From assembly GCA_016184125.1 (NCBI GenBank), contig JACPDG010000057.1:11485-75484 (forward strand): a stretch of 64,000 nt of DNA. Direction: 5' to 3'. Position 1 is the stretch's first letter, and each line of letters opens with the position of its first letter. The notes beneath the pieces are model-generated. The model did not search any database, was not told where the DNA came from, and was given only the letters and a program-made list of their open reading frames with translations. Position numbers and translations under genes: made by a program. This document shows, piece after piece, positions 1 through 10,456 of the stretch. This DNA comes from Candidatus Rokuibacteriota bacterium (GTDB taxonomy: Bacteria > Methylomirabilota > Methylomirabilia > Rokubacteriales > CSP1-6).

Positions 1-630
1 GCCCGAGATCCTCGGGACGGTGCCTCAGGAGCAGGTTGAGCGGCGCCAGCACCACGAGCACGACGAGGCCTAGGTTCCAGCAGGCCGCCCGCCACCCGGC
101 GTGTGCGATCACGGTCTGCAGCCAGGGCAGCAGGACGATCGAGCCGGCACCAGCGCCGGCGTAGGCGATGCTCATCGCGAGACCCCGCCGGCGCACGAAC
201 CAGTTGGGCAGGTAGAGCGCCTGCCCGCCGTAGCCGAGGCAGTTGCTACCGACGCCGGCGAGCACGCCGAGCGTCAGGTACAGGTGCCAGGGCTCGCGCA
301 CCAGCGTGGCCAGCATCGAGCCGGCCGCCAGGAGCCCCACGCCGAGCTCGATCACGACGCGGGGCCCGCGGGTGTCCATCAACCGGCCGACGAAGGGGCT
401 CAGCGCCGCCGACACGAGGAAGCCGAAGGAGAACGCCCCCGCCGTCACGCCGCGCTCCCAGCCGAACTCGTCGAGGATCGGCGGGAAGAGCAGCGAGAAG
501 GCGGTGCGCGCGGTGACACCGACAGCCATCGTGACGAACGCGACGGCCACGATGACCCAGCCGTAGAAGAACGGCAGGCGCGTCGGCTCGAGTCCTATCG
601 TGATGACGGGATCAGGTTCAGGGGTGGCTC
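1..630 (-). CDS. MFS transporter (partial, continues beyond window start)
   Basis: Reverse-strand translation of 1-600 is one open frame rich in TM segments (..RLPFFYGWVIVAVAFVTMAVGVTARTAFSLLFPPILDEFGW..GVGLLAAGSMLATLVREPWHLYLTLGVLAGVG..) typical of an MFS N-terminal half. The start codon is not resolved; it overlaps the 3' end of the dehydrogenase gene. Confidence 0.55.
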
Positions 631-1575
631 GCCGCGCGCGGCGCGCTCGATGTTCTCCGCGATCAGCTTCGCCCGCGCGTCCAGCATGCCCTCGGTCCAC
701 CCGGACACGTGCGGCGTCATCAGCACGTTCGGCAGCTCGTGGAACGGATGGCGTGCAGGCAGGGTGGGCCCGGGGCCGCTTGGATAGCGGTACCACACGT
801 CGAGCGCTGCGCCAGCGATCGTCTGCTCCACCAGCGCCCGGTACAGCGCCTCCTCGTCGACGATCTCGGCGCGCGCCACGTTGACGAGGACCGCGGTCGG
901 CTTCATGAGCGCGAGCTCTCGCGCGCCCAGCAAACCGCGCGTCGCGTCCGTCAGCGACAGCGCGATCACGACGACATCGGACCGGCGCAGGACGTCGTCG
1001 AGCGCGTCGAGCCCTCCGAGGAGCGCGAGCTCGTCGCCGGCCGATCGCGCCACGTCGCGACGGATGGCGCAGACGGCCATGTCGAAGGCGCGTGCCCGCC
1101 GGGCCACGCACTGTCCGATCCTGCCGTAGCCGAGGATTCCGAGGGTCTTGCCGGCGAGCTCCGTCCAGGGAGCGGGCGCGGGGACGCCGATCGCCCACTG
1201 GCTCTCCCACACGCCATGGCGGAGGCTCGCGTCGAGACGACCGAAGCCGCGGGTCAGTGCGAGGACCGCGCCGATCACGTACTCCGCGATGCCGACCTCG
1301 TGGCCGTAGGCGTTCGCCAGCCACGCGCCGGCCGGAAGCGCCGCCTGGTCGATCCGGTCGAGGCTCGCGCCGGGAACCTGCACGAGCGCGAGCCGCCCGG
1401 CCGACACCGCCATCTCGCGAGTGAACGCCATCGTGACCAGCACGTCCGCGTCGGCAAGATGGCGGACGATCCCGCGCTCGTCGTCCACGACGATGTCGCA
1501 CGGGGTGACGAGACGCGTCCGGACCGCCGGCTCGAGACGAGCGGCGAACACACCGGCGAAGGCGACCTTCGGCAT
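595..1575 (-). CDS. D-isomer-specific 2-hydroxyacid dehydrogenase (PGDH/GyaR-like), NAD-binding
   Basis: ORF 595..1827(-). The likely start is the internal MPKVAFAG (ATG about 1575). It carries the GxGxxG-like LGILGYGRIGQ motif and a catalytic-domain tail ending PHVSGWTEGM, typical of the D-2-hydroxyacid dehydrogenase family. Confidence 0.8.
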   Translation of the reverse strand: MPKVAFAGVFAARLEPAVRTRLVTPCDIVVDDERGIVRHLADADVLVTMAFTREMAVSAGRLALVQVPGASLDRIDQAALPAGAWLANAYGHEVGIAEYVIGAVLALTRGFGRLDASLRHGVWESQWAIGVPAPAPWTELAGKTLGILGYGRIGQCVARRARAFDMAVCAIRRDVARSAGDELALLGGLDALDDVLRRSDVVVIALSLTDATRGLLGARELALMKPTAVLVNVARAEIVDEEALYRALVEQTIAGAALDVWYRYPSGPGPTLPARHPFHELPNVLMTPHVSGWTEGMLDARAKLIAENIERAARGEPPLNLIPSSR

Positions 1576-1651
1576 GCGGCACAGCATCGCGAGTCCCGAT
1601 GGACGATCGGCGACGAACTTCAGATGATTCCTGCCAGCGCCCTGCTCGCGC

Positions 1652-2695
1652 TTGCGCGATCTCATGACCGAGAGGAAGATTCGAGTCGGTATGCGGAGGC
1701 GCGTCGTCCTGCTCGTCGTCCCGCCAGTCGAAGAGCTGGACCTCGTGGGTCCGGTGCAGGTCTTCGGGACGGCGAACCGCCTGCTGGGCGGTGGCCAGTC
1801 GCGGTACGCCGTCGAGGTCGTCACCAACGCACGCGATCTGAGGATCGACGGCGAGTGCGGCCTGGCGGTGCTCGCACACCGTCACTATCGAGACGTGCGC
1901 GGCCAGCCCGACTCCGTGCTCGTGATCTGTGGTGTGGGCGCGCGCACGACGCGAGATCCCGCCCTCTTCGCGTGGCTGCGGCGGGCCGCCACGAGCGCTC
2001 GCCGGCTCGGATCCGTCTGCGTCGGCGCGTTTCTCCTCGCCGAAGCGGGCCTGCTGGCCGGACGGCGCGCGACCGTCCACTGGAAGTACGCGCGTGAACT
2101 CGCGGACCGCTATCGCGAGGTCTCCGTCGAGTCCCGCCCGCTCTGGGTGCAGGACGGCAACATCTACACGTCGGCCGGCGTCTCCGCCGGCATCGACCTC
2201 GCGCTCGCCTGGGTCGAAGAGGACCACGGGACCGCGGCGAGCCTCAAGGTGGCGCGTGAGCTGGTGCTGTTCCTCCGCCGGCCCGGCCAGGACCAGGTCA
2301 GCGTGTCGCTGGCCGCGCAGGCGTCGCACACGAAGGTCATGCACGAGCTGCAGGTCTGGATGGCGGAACACCTCGACCAGCCGCTCCCGGTGGACGTCCT
2401 CGCGGACCGCGCGGCGATGAGCCCGCGGAACTTCGCCCGCGTGTTCGCGCGAGAGCTCGGCGCGACACCCGTCCGCTATCTCGTGCAGCTCCGGGTCGAG
2501 GCGGCCCGGCGGCTACTCGAGCAGACCGACAAGGGCCTCGCGCAGGTGGCCAGCGCATCCGGGTTCGCGAGCGTGGACGTGATGCGGCGCGTGTTCCTCC
2601 GAACGCTCGGCACGACGCCACACCGGTACCGCCGCCACTTCCAGCCGGACGGCGCTCACCATAACTCCGCTCTAAGGGCGGGCCCCACGACGTAG
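1652..2695 (+). CDS. GlxA-family transcriptional regulator (DJ-1/PfpI domain plus AraC-type HTH)
   Basis: The N-terminal half is DJ-1/PfpI-like (VVLLVVPPVEELDLVGPVQVF..ICGVGA). The C-terminal half is an AraC HTH (PRNFARVFARELGATPVRYLVQLRVEAARRLL). An alternative start is at 1691. Confidence 0.8.
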   Translation: MRDLMTERKIRVGMRRRVVLLVVPPVEELDLVGPVQVFGTANRLLGGGQSRYAVEVVTNARDLRIDGECGLAVLAHRHYRDVRGQPDSVLVICGVGARTTRDPALFAWLRRAATSARRLGSVCVGAFLLAEAGLLAGRRATVHWKYARELADRYREVSVESRPLWVQDGNIYTSAGVSAGIDLALAWVEEDHGTAASLKVARELVLFLRRPGQDQVSVSLAAQASHTKVMHELQVWMAEHLDQPLPVDVLADRAAMSPRNFARVFARELGATPVRYLVQLRVEAARRLLEQTDKGLAQVASASGFASVDVMRRVFLRTLGTTPHRYRRHFQPDGAHHNSALRAGPTT

Positions 2696-2931
2696 GGCGG
2701 TTCGCCTGGGCGGCGGGTTTTTCTTGGTCTCGGAATGGCCCGCCCCAAGCGGCTGCGGTTCGAGATCTCTTCAACAACGCGCCGGCGCACCTGGTGATCC
2801 ACCAGAGCCAGCTGAGTGCCGCCGACGACGTCGAGGAGACGCCGACCCACTGCGCGGCCTGGCGCTCGTGTTCCTCCCGACGGCGTCCGAATCGAATCGC
2901 TGACCGGAAACCAGCCAGCGGCGCCTCAGGA

Positions 2932-3828
2932 TTACGGGACGACGATCCGGTACTGGAGAGGCTCCACGGCGAACTCGACCGGCGTCTCGCCGGCGGCCTC
3001 GCCGTCCACCTGGTACGGCGCCGGCGTCTCGGACGTGACGCGGACCGTGCGCGCGCGGTGCAGGCCGTCGCACGCGCGCTCGTCGATGGTTGCGAGAAGT
3101 CCGCGCGCCGCGACCGCGACGAGTCGCAGCGGCGCGGCGTCGCCGAAGACGTAGACCTCGAACCGGCCGTCGGCGATCTCCCGCGCGGGTGACAGGTGGA
3201 GCCACCCGGCGTAGTGCACGACGTTCGCGATCAGCACGAGGCCGAACGTCGACGCCCGCCGCACGCCGTCGATCTCGACGCCGAGCCGCGGCGGATGGTA
3301 CGCGCGGAGCGTCCGCGCGAGCGCCTTGACGTACGACCACTTCGTGATCGGTCCCCGGCGACGGCGGGCGACGTCGCGCACCACGAGGGCGTCGAGCCCG
3401 ATGCCCGCGACCAGCATCGTGAGCGCGCCGTTCGTCCGTCCGACGTCGATCGGACGCGTCCGGCCGGCCGCGACGACACCGACCGCGGCCTCGACGTCGC
3501 GCGGGAGCCCGAGGTCGCGACTCAGCACGTTCGCGGTCCCGACCGGCACGATGCCGACCGGCAACAAGGGATCCGGCAGGCCCTCGAGAACCTCGCGCAG
3601 CGTGCCGTCGCCACCGACGGCCACGACGACATCGACGTCGCGCGCGGCGCGCGCCACGCCGGCCGAGCAGTCACCGCGCCCGGCGCTCACGTGCAGGTCG
3701 GTCACGATGCCGCGACGGTGAAGCGCGGCCGCGACCGCTCCCGCGACCACGAGACCCTTGCCGCGGCCCGCGATCGGATTGGCGACGACGAGCGCCCGGC
3801 TGAACGCCGCCCCTGCCCTGTCACTCAA
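2932..3828 (-). CDS. Diacylglycerol kinase catalytic-domain family lipid kinase (YegS/BmrU-like)
   Basis: ALVVANPIAGRGKG..VVVAVGGDGTLREV..IVPVGTANVLSRDLGLP motifs are typical of the DAGK_cat family. Confidence 0.8.
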   Translation of the reverse strand: MSDRAGAAFSRALVVANPIAGRGKGLVVAGAVAAALHRRGIVTDLHVSAGRGDCSAGVARAARDVDVVVAVGGDGTLREVLEGLPDPLLPVGIVPVGTANVLSRDLGLPRDVEAAVGVVAAGRTRPIDVGRTNGALTMLVAGIGLDALVVRDVARRRRGPITKWSYVKALARTLRAYHPPRLGVEIDGVRRASTFGLVLIANVVHYAGWLHLSPAREIADGRFEVYVFGDAAPLRLVAVAARGLLATIDERACDGLHRARTVRVTSETPAPYQVDGEAAGETPVEFAVEPLQYRIVVP

Positions 3829-3864
3829 GGCTGTTGCTCGAAGGGGGCGAAGCGGCTTCGACGT

Positions 3865-4275
3865 CTACTGCACGACGGTCACGACGCCGAGGTTCCCGAT
3901 CTTCTGGAAGACGAGCGTGACGATGATGACCTCGCCCTTCTGCAACGGCCGGCTGAAGCCGGCGAGCACGACGTGGTGGGCGCCCGGCGCGAACGCGACG
4001 ACGGTCGTGCCCGGCACCTCCACGCGCTCGACCGGGAGCCCCGATGGACCGACGAGGATCGCCTGGCGTGCCAGCGGCGTCTGCACCGCGGTCAGCACGT
4101 CACCGTACTTGCCGGTGCTCTCGAGGTCCACGTAGAAGAACGCCCGGTCGCCCTGGAGGACCGCCCGCCCCCGCTTGGGCCTGATGTGCGTCCCCCCGAC
4201 CTCCGTGACGCTCGGGTAGTGGACGCAGCCGGCGGCGACCAACACCGCGACGGCGAGCGCGAGGGCCCGGGTCAC
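3865..4275 (-). CDS. PCu(A)C-like periplasmic lipoprotein (DUF461-like). Canonical Met residues are absent.
   Basis: GTG start, lipobox LVAAGC, and a C-terminal GAHHVVLAGFSRPLQKGEVIIVTLVFQ that resembles the PCuAC HxM region with Met replaced by Val. This is the terminal part of a longer spurious ORF 3865..5718. Confidence 0.45.
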   Translation of the reverse strand: MTRALALAVAVLVAAGCVHYPSVTEVGGTHIRPKRGRAVLQGDRAFFYVDLESTGKYGDVLTAVQTPLARQAILVGPSGLPVERVEVPGTTVVAFAPGAHHVVLAGFSRPLQKGEVIIVTLVFQKIGNLGVVTVVQ

Positions 4276-5594
4276 GTGCGGTCGAACGCGCCGTCCTCGA
4301 CCATCGCGCGGAAGGCGCGCTCGTAGGCGGCGACGCTCGTCTCGATGTCCTCGTCGGAGTGGACGGCGGAGATCCAGCCGTGGTTCATCGAGCAGTCCAC
4401 GCCCTCGTTCATGAGGGCGCAGCGAAGCAGATGGTAGAGGTTCCCGCGGCGCGGGCGATCGAACCCTGCGAGTCCCGGCTTGCCTTCGAACGACACGTGG
4501 TAGAGCGAGGCCTCGCCGTACACCACGCCGGGCGCGCCCGCGCGCTGGAGCGCCTCGTTCAGGCTCCGGCGCATCGTCTCGCCGGACTTGCCCGCCCGCG
4601 CCTGCAGCGACGCATCGGCGCACAGCTCGAGCGTCGCGATCGCGGCGGCCGCGGACAGCGGGTTGGCGTTGAAGGTGCCGGCGTGCGCGACACGCTCGCT
4701 GCGGTCCCACGCCGGATCGCCGCGGTGCGCGATCATCGCCATGATGTCCCGCCGGCCGCAGAGCGCGCCGCCGGGCAGGCCACCCGCGACGATCTTCGCG
4801 AGCGTCGTCAGATCCGGGGTGACGCCGAAGTACTCCTGTGCGCCGCCGGGCGCGTACCGGAAGCCGGTGATCACCTCGTCGAACACGAGCAGCACATCGT
4901 GCTCGCTCGTCACGCGTCTGAGCTCCTCGAGGTACCCCGGGATCGTCGGCGTCGTGCCCGCCTGACCGCCGGCGGGCTCCAGGATGACGGCCGCCACGTC
5001 GCCGCGCTGGACCGCCGTCTCGACCGCCTTGATGTCGTTCGGCGGACACACGACGACCTGGTCGAGGAGCGCCCCCGGGACGCCGGCGGACATCGGCACC
5101 TCGTAGGGCGGGTTCACGCCGGCGACGACGCCGTCGTGCCAGCCGTGGAAGTGTCCCGACAGCTTCACGATGCGCGGGTGTCCCGTGTACGCGCGCGCCA
5201 CGCGGAGGGCGAGGTGGGTCGCTTCCGTGCCGGACATCGTGAAGCGGGTGAGCTCGGCGCACGGGACGAGCTGGCCGACGAGCTCGGCCCACCGCACCTC
5301 GAGCTCGTGGTTCGCGCCGTAGTGCGTGCCGCGCGCCATCTGGTCCTGGACCGCCGCGACGACCGCGGGATGCGCGTGTCCGAGGAACAGCGCGCCGTGC
5401 CCCATCCAGTAGTCGGTGTACTCGTGGCCGTCGACGTCCCACTTGCGGCTGCCGCTCGCGTGGGTGACGTACAAGGGGAACGGCAGCAGGTAGCGGATGT
5501 CGTGAGTGATCCCGCCCGGGATCGACTTCCTGGCGCGCTCGGCGAGCGCGGCGGACTTCGGATGCCGCTGGCGGAACCGGTCCAGGATCTTCAT
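4272..5594 (-). CDS. Class-III aminotransferase, glutamate-1-semialdehyde 2,1-aminomutase-like
   Basis: The start is at MKILDRF within ORF 4272..5816. SIPGG..DVDGHEYTDYWMGHGALFLGHAHPAVV..MSGTEATHLALRVARAYTG resembles HemL-type PLP enzymes. Confidence 0.8.
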   Translation of the reverse strand: MKILDRFRQRHPKSAALAERARKSIPGGITHDIRYLLPFPLYVTHASGSRKWDVDGHEYTDYWMGHGALFLGHAHPAVVAAVQDQMARGTHYGANHELEVRWAELVGQLVPCAELTRFTMSGTEATHLALRVARAYTGHPRIVKLSGHFHGWHDGVVAGVNPPYEVPMSAGVPGALLDQVVVCPPNDIKAVETAVQRGDVAAVILEPAGGQAGTTPTIPGYLEELRRVTSEHDVLLVFDEVITGFRYAPGGAQEYFGVTPDLTTLAKIVAGGLPGGALCGRRDIMAMIAHRGDPAWDRSERVAHAGTFNANPLSAAAAIATLELCADASLQARAGKSGETMRRSLNEALQRAGAPGVVYGEASLYHVSFEGKPGLAGFDRPRRGNLYHLLRCALMNEGVDCSMNHGWISAVHSDEDIETSVAAYERAFRAMVEDGAFDRT

Positions 5595-5682
5595 CGTGGC
5601 GTCCCTCGTGTCGGGCGAATCGCGGCGCGTGCGCGCAACTTGCCCATGATACCGCGAGGGCCATGACCGAATCGCGAACCCG

Positions 5683-5780
5683 AGGGGCGGCCCGGGTTCC
5701 CCGGGTGCGTCCGCGCACCCCCCGGGCCGCCTCCGAGCGTTGGGGGCTTGGGGGGCCATTTCCGGGCCCCCCATGCTATC
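5683..5780. repeat. GC-hairpin modular repeat copy R1 (reverse orientation)
   Basis: GGGTGCGTCCGCGCACCC hairpin + CCGAGCG-TTGGGGGCTTGGGGGG + G6CC-atttcc-GGC6 hairpin + CATG. Confidence 0.7.
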
Positions 5781-5790
5781 GGCCCGGCGT

Positions 5791-6762
5791 TCATCGCCGG
5801 TGCGGGCGCACGGCAAGCCTCAGGAGCTCGACGACGGCCCCGTGCGTGTCGACGCCAAAGCCATCGACCGTCGCTTCGCGCCGTCTCGTGACGCCGTCGA
5901 ACGCGCCGGCCTCGACGCACGCCTCGATGAGCCGGCGCTCGGTGTCCGGGGTGTGCAGCAGCGCCTCCCCGGTGGCGCGGGCGAGCGCAGCCACGATCCC
6001 GTACGCGCCCCAGTTCGACGTCGCGGCGACGACGAGGTGATCGACCCTCACGACGGACGCCGTGCGCGCGATCAATCCACCGGCCCGCAGGAGCCGCCGC
6101 CGGACGGTGCCCATCCCGATCTCGTTCCCGCCATCCCCGACACCAATGGTGACCGGCCGGTCCGATGCCGACTGCGCACGCCGACAAGCTGACTGCGCGG
6201 TGAATCGGCCGGACGCGGAGCCGGGAGGAGACGCCCGACGGTTGCCGGCGCCCTCGCGGCTCCCCGTCCGGCCACCTCCAGCGACGAGAAAGAGCTCGTC
6301 GATACGCCGATTCCAGGGCGTGATCACCACCCCGCGCAGGTTCATGTACTCGCCGGACGCCGCGCGACCCGGCCGCTCGACGGCGATCAGGTGCGTGGGC
6401 CGTGCGCGCGCCAGCAGCGACGGCGCGGCACCCTCACCCTCGGGATAGACCTCGATGTCGACCGGCTCGGCCAGCGCCTTCAGCGCCGCCTCGACGATCG
6501 GGACGTTATGGGGGTCCGTGACGTACGTGACCTGCGCACCGAGCCGGCGAAGCGCGCGACCGAGCACGGTGGCCCCCGGGGGGCCATCGGTCTCCGGCGT
6601 GTCGGCCGCGACGGTGAAGCCGGTCGCAATCAGAACGCGGCGCGCGGCGCGCAGCCCGGCGGCAGCCGCGAGCGCGCCGTGCGGGACGAAGAAGCCCGCG
6701 ATGCCACGCGCCCCGAGATCGAGCGCCAGGATGTGGTCGATCGGGTCGAAGTCCGCTCGCAC
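5791..6762 (-). CDS. Conserved hypothetical protein (DUF4392-like), with a low-complexity internal insertion
   Basis: A 323-aa ORF with GVGDGGNEIGMG and SNWGAYG motifs recalled as DUF4392-type. The internal stretch GGGRTGSREGAGNRRASPPGSASGR is low complexity. The family assignment is from memory. Confidence 0.45.
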   Translation of the reverse strand: MRADFDPIDHILALDLGARGIAGFFVPHGALAAAAGLRAARRVLIATGFTVAADTPETDGPPGATVLGRALRRLGAQVTYVTDPHNVPIVEAALKALAEPVDIEVYPEGEGAAPSLLARARPTHLIAVERPGRAASGEYMNLRGVVITPWNRRIDELFLVAGGGRTGSREGAGNRRASPPGSASGRFTAQSACRRAQSASDRPVTIGVGDGGNEIGMGTVRRRLLRAGGLIARTASVVRVDHLVVAATSNWGAYGIVAALARATGEALLHTPDTERRLIEACVEAGAFDGVTRRREATVDGFGVDTHGAVVELLRLAVRPHRR

Positions 6763-6775
6763 GGGCGAGACGCTA

Positions 6776-8578
6776 TCATCCCGCCGCTTCGAGGAGCAAC
6801 ACTTGCCAGGGCCCGAGCGGATCGCGCTCGCCGGGGCCCGCGAACCGCGGGTCCGCGCTGTCGATCAACACGCGCCACGCCGGCGCGCTCAGCGAGGCCG
6901 GAAGTCGGCGGCGCTCGCCGGTGAGGTTCGCGACGAGCCTCACCTGCTCGCCGCCCGGGCCGAGCCGCGAGACCGTCAGCACCGCATCGTCCTCGTCCAG
7001 CACCGCCGTCGTCCGCTGCTTGCCACGGCTGCCGAGGGCCGGGTGGGTCCTGCGGAGCGCCAGCCATGCGCGATAGTAGTCACGCAGCTCCCGGTGGCGC
7101 GGAGCGGAGGCGAGCGCGTGGCTCAGGCGCGACCTCACGAACGTCGCCGGATCTCCGGGATCCGGAATCGTTCCCTGCCACGCGAACCGGCTGAACTCGG
7201 CCGCACGGCCGCGGCGCACGGCGTCCATGAGCTCGCGGTCGAGGAACGAGGTGAAGAACTGGAACGGCGCGGTCTCGCCGTACTCCTCTCCCATGAAGAG
7301 CAGCGGAATCGCGGGCACCGAGCACAGCATCGCGACAACCGCCTTGACCGCGTCGAACGGGACGATGCTGCCGAGCCGATCCCCGTGCGCCCGGTTGCCG
7401 ACCTGGTCGTGGTCCTGGAGGAACACGACGAAGTGCTCGCCGTCGAGGTCGGCGCTCGGCGTCCCGCGCAGGCAGCCGAAGTACTCCGAGCGTTGCCCCT
7501 GGAACGCGAACCCCTCGGCGATCGCCTTCGGCAGGAGCGAGGGATCCGTGAAGTCGGCGTAATACCCTACGCGCTCGCCGGTGAGCCTGACGTGCGCCGC
7601 GTGATGGAAGTCGTCGGACCAGACCGCATCGAGCCCGAGGCCGCCGGCCTCCCGGGGCAGGACGAGCTTCCGGTCGTTGTCGTGCGACTCGGCGATGACG
7701 TGGAAGGGGCGTCCGAGCTGCCGCGCCTCGGCGCGGCCCGCCTCCGCGAGCTCGGTCAGCACGTGGACCGGGCTCGCGTCGTAGATGGCGTGGACCGCGT
7801 CGAGCCGAAGGCCGTCGATGTGGAACTCGTGGACCCAGTACCGCGCGTTCTCGACGAAGTGACGGCGCACGCCGGCCGCGTCCGGGCCGTCGAAGTTGAC
7901 CGCGCCGCCCCACGGCGTCTTGTAGCGGTTCGTGAAATAGGGGCCGTACTCGCCGAGGTAATTCCCTTCGGGACCCAGATGGTTGTAGACGACGTCGAGG
8001 ACCACCGACAGGCCCATCGCATGGCACGCGTCCACGAGCCGCCGGAGCCCGTGAGGCCCCCCGTACGTCGACTGCGGGGCGTAGAGGTGCACGCCGTCGT
8101 AGCCCCAGTTCCGCGAGCCCGGGAACTCGGCGACGGGCATCAGCTCGACGGCCGTCACGCCGAGGTCCACGAGCGCGCCGAGGTTCCGGATCACGGCTTC
8201 GAACGTGCCGGCCGGCGTGAAGGTGCCCACGTGCAGCTCGTAGAGCACGAGATCGCCGAGCGCGTGGCCGGCGAACGCCTGGTCCGTCCACGCGAGCTCG
8301 TCGGGGTCCACGACCGCGGACGGCCCGTGCACACCTTCCGGTTGCCACCGCGAGACCGGATCCGGACGATAGCGCTCGCCGTCCAGGCGATACTGGTATC
8401 GCGCGCCGGCCGACACGCCGGGCAGCGTCGTCGCGAACCGATCGGCGTCGACGCGCGTGAGCGGGTGCGGCTTCCGTCCATCGACGACGACGTCGACCGT
8501 GCGACAACGGGGCGCCCACACCGTGAACGTCACGCCGCCGGCATGACGGCTTGCACCGAGTCGATTCATACGGTCCAA
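6776..8578 (-). CDS. treZ: Malto-oligosyltrehalose trehalohydrolase (GH13)
   Basis: N-terminal CBM48-like VTFTVWAPRCRTVDVVVDG and GH13 motifs (VVLDVVYNHLGPEGNYL, GLRLDAVHAI, MGEEYGE), about 590 aa. Clustered with treY. Confidence 0.8.
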   Translation of the reverse strand: MDRMNRLGASRHAGGVTFTVWAPRCRTVDVVVDGRKPHPLTRVDADRFATTLPGVSAGARYQYRLDGERYRPDPVSRWQPEGVHGPSAVVDPDELAWTDQAFAGHALGDLVLYELHVGTFTPAGTFEAVIRNLGALVDLGVTAVELMPVAEFPGSRNWGYDGVHLYAPQSTYGGPHGLRRLVDACHAMGLSVVLDVVYNHLGPEGNYLGEYGPYFTNRYKTPWGGAVNFDGPDAAGVRRHFVENARYWVHEFHIDGLRLDAVHAIYDASPVHVLTELAEAGRAEARQLGRPFHVIAESHDNDRKLVLPREAGGLGLDAVWSDDFHHAAHVRLTGERVGYYADFTDPSLLPKAIAEGFAFQGQRSEYFGCLRGTPSADLDGEHFVVFLQDHDQVGNRAHGDRLGSIVPFDAVKAVVAMLCSVPAIPLLFMGEEYGETAPFQFFTSFLDRELMDAVRRGRAAEFSRFAWQGTIPDPGDPATFVRSRLSHALASAPRHRELRDYYRAWLALRRTHPALGSRGKQRTTAVLDEDDAVLTVSRLGPGGEQVRLVANLTGERRRLPASLSAPAWRVLIDSADPRFAGPGERDPLGPWQVLLLEAAG

Positions 8579-8684
8579 TTGGTCACACCATGTGCGACGG
8601 CGGGGGCTGCATGAGTGCCCGCGGGCGCCGTTGAGACGTCAGAGGAACCGCACTCCCGGCCCGGCTCATGAAAGGTACTCGCTG

Positions 8685-10379
8685 ATGCCCTCTTCGTTCT
8701 CACTGGTCCTTCACACCCATCTTCCGATGGTGGTCAATCACGGACGTTGGCCGCACGGCAGCGACTGGCTCAACGAGGCGGCGTTCGAGTGCTACCTGCC
8801 GCTCCTGGAGGCGATCCACCGGCTCGTCGCCGACGGGATCTCTCCCAAGTGGACGATCAACATCTCGCCGATCCTCGCCGAGCAGCTCGCGTCCCCGGAG
8901 TTCCAGAAGGAGATGTCGTTCTACTACGACAACGTCCGCCGGGCGTGCGTCGACACGCGCGAGCACTTCGCGAATCACGGCCTCGGCGACGTGGCTCGTC
9001 TCACGCACTTCTGGGAAGAGTTCTACGAGCGAATGTGGGAGCTGCATCGGCGCATCGGTGGCGATATTCCGGGCACGTTCGCCGAATTGCAAGCTGCGGG
9101 CCACGTGGAGATCATCACGACCGCCGCCACCCACGGCTACCTGCCCCTCCTCTCGCGCGACGAGTCGATTCACCTCCAGCTCCGGACCGCCATCGAGACG
9201 CACCGGCGGCACTTCGGCCAGGCGCCCCGAGGTATCTGGCTGCCGGAGTGCGCCTACCGCCCGCGCTACGAGTGGACGCCGCCGACGGGCCGCGACCGTG
9301 AGCGCTTCATGCGGCCCGGCCTCGAGGAGCTGCTCGCGGCCCACGGTCTCGAGTACTTCGTCGCCGACGCGCATCTGCTCGCGGCGGGCGCGCCGATGTT
9401 CCCCTACCGCGAGTACATGGCCTTCCGTCGGGATCTCGGCGGTCCGTCATCGGCGGAGCCGTCGGCGACCGTGCCGCGCTCACCGTACGCGACGTACCGG
9501 ATCAGCTCGCGCGGAGGGACTGGAGAGGCCACGGGGTTCTTCCGCGATCCTCGCACCACGCTCCAGGTGTGGAGCCGCGAGCACGGCTACCCGGGCGACT
9601 TCGCGTATCTCGAGTTCCACAAGAAGCACTTCCCGGGCGGGCTCCGGTTCTGGAAGATCACCGACGCGTCGCGTGACCTCGCGACCAAGGGGGTGTACGA
9701 GCCGGACGCGGCGCGCGCGAAGGTCCGCGAGCACGCGCGGCACTTCGTCGCGCTCGTCAGCGACACGCTCGCCGCGGCCGAGAGCGACGGTCCCGCCGTC
9801 GTCTGCTCCCCGTACGATGCCGAGCTGTTCGGGCACTGGTGGTTCGAGGGTCCGGCGTGGCTCGAGCAGGTCGCCCGGGAGATGGCGAAGAACGGCGTGC
9901 GGCCGATGGCGCTCGGTGAAGCGGTCGCCGCGGTCCCCCCGCGCACGACCATCTCGCTCCCCGAGGGCTCCTGGGGAGAGGGCGGCGACCATCGCGTCTG
10001 GCTGAACGCGGACACGGAGTGGACGTGGGACCGCCTGTACAGCGCGGAAGCCGAGTGGGTCGAGCTGGTCTCGCACGCGGCCGACGCCCACCGGGAGCTC
10101 CGGCGCGCGCTGGCCCAGGCCACGCGCGAGCTGCTGCTGCTCCAGGCCTCCGACTGGCCGTTCCTCATCACGACCGGCTCGGCGCGCGACTACGCCGAGC
10201 GGCGCGTCGCGGAGCACTACGCGGACTTCAAGCGGCTCACGGAGATGGCGAGGCGTCTGCGGGACGGCGAACCGCTGTCGGTCGAGGCGGCCGAGCTCCT
10301 GCGGCGCCTCGAGCGCGAGGACTTCTGCTTCCCCGACCTCGATCCCGCGTGGGGCGTGGCCCGCGGCGCGGCCCGGTGA
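8685..10379 (+). CDS. GH57-family 1,4-alpha-glucan branching enzyme (DUF1957 type)
   Basis: The start is at MPSSFSLVLHTHLP (the GH57 hallmark HTHLP) with an AAAGG-like RBS. WLPECAY and PYDAELFGHWWFEG motifs are present. The upstream part of tool ORF 8592..10379 is taken as leader. Confidence 0.75.
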   Translation: MPSSFSLVLHTHLPMVVNHGRWPHGSDWLNEAAFECYLPLLEAIHRLVADGISPKWTINISPILAEQLASPEFQKEMSFYYDNVRRACVDTREHFANHGLGDVARLTHFWEEFYERMWELHRRIGGDIPGTFAELQAAGHVEIITTAATHGYLPLLSRDESIHLQLRTAIETHRRHFGQAPRGIWLPECAYRPRYEWTPPTGRDRERFMRPGLEELLAAHGLEYFVADAHLLAAGAPMFPYREYMAFRRDLGGPSSAEPSATVPRSPYATYRISSRGGTGEATGFFRDPRTTLQVWSREHGYPGDFAYLEFHKKHFPGGLRFWKITDASRDLATKGVYEPDAARAKVREHARHFVALVSDTLAAAESDGPAVVCSPYDAELFGHWWFEGPAWLEQVAREMAKNGVRPMALGEAVAAVPPRTTISLPEGSWGEGGDHRVWLNADTEWTWDRLYSAEAEWVELVSHAADAHRELRRALAQATRELLLLQASDWPFLITTGSARDYAERRVAEHYADFKRLTEMARRLRDGEPLSVEAAELLRRLEREDFCFPDLDPAWGVARGAAR

Positions 10380-10456
10380 TGGCGACGACACGCGAGAGGC
10401 TCGCGGGCTCCACGCCCGGGGCGGAGCGCGATGCGCTCCCCCCCATGGCAACATAG

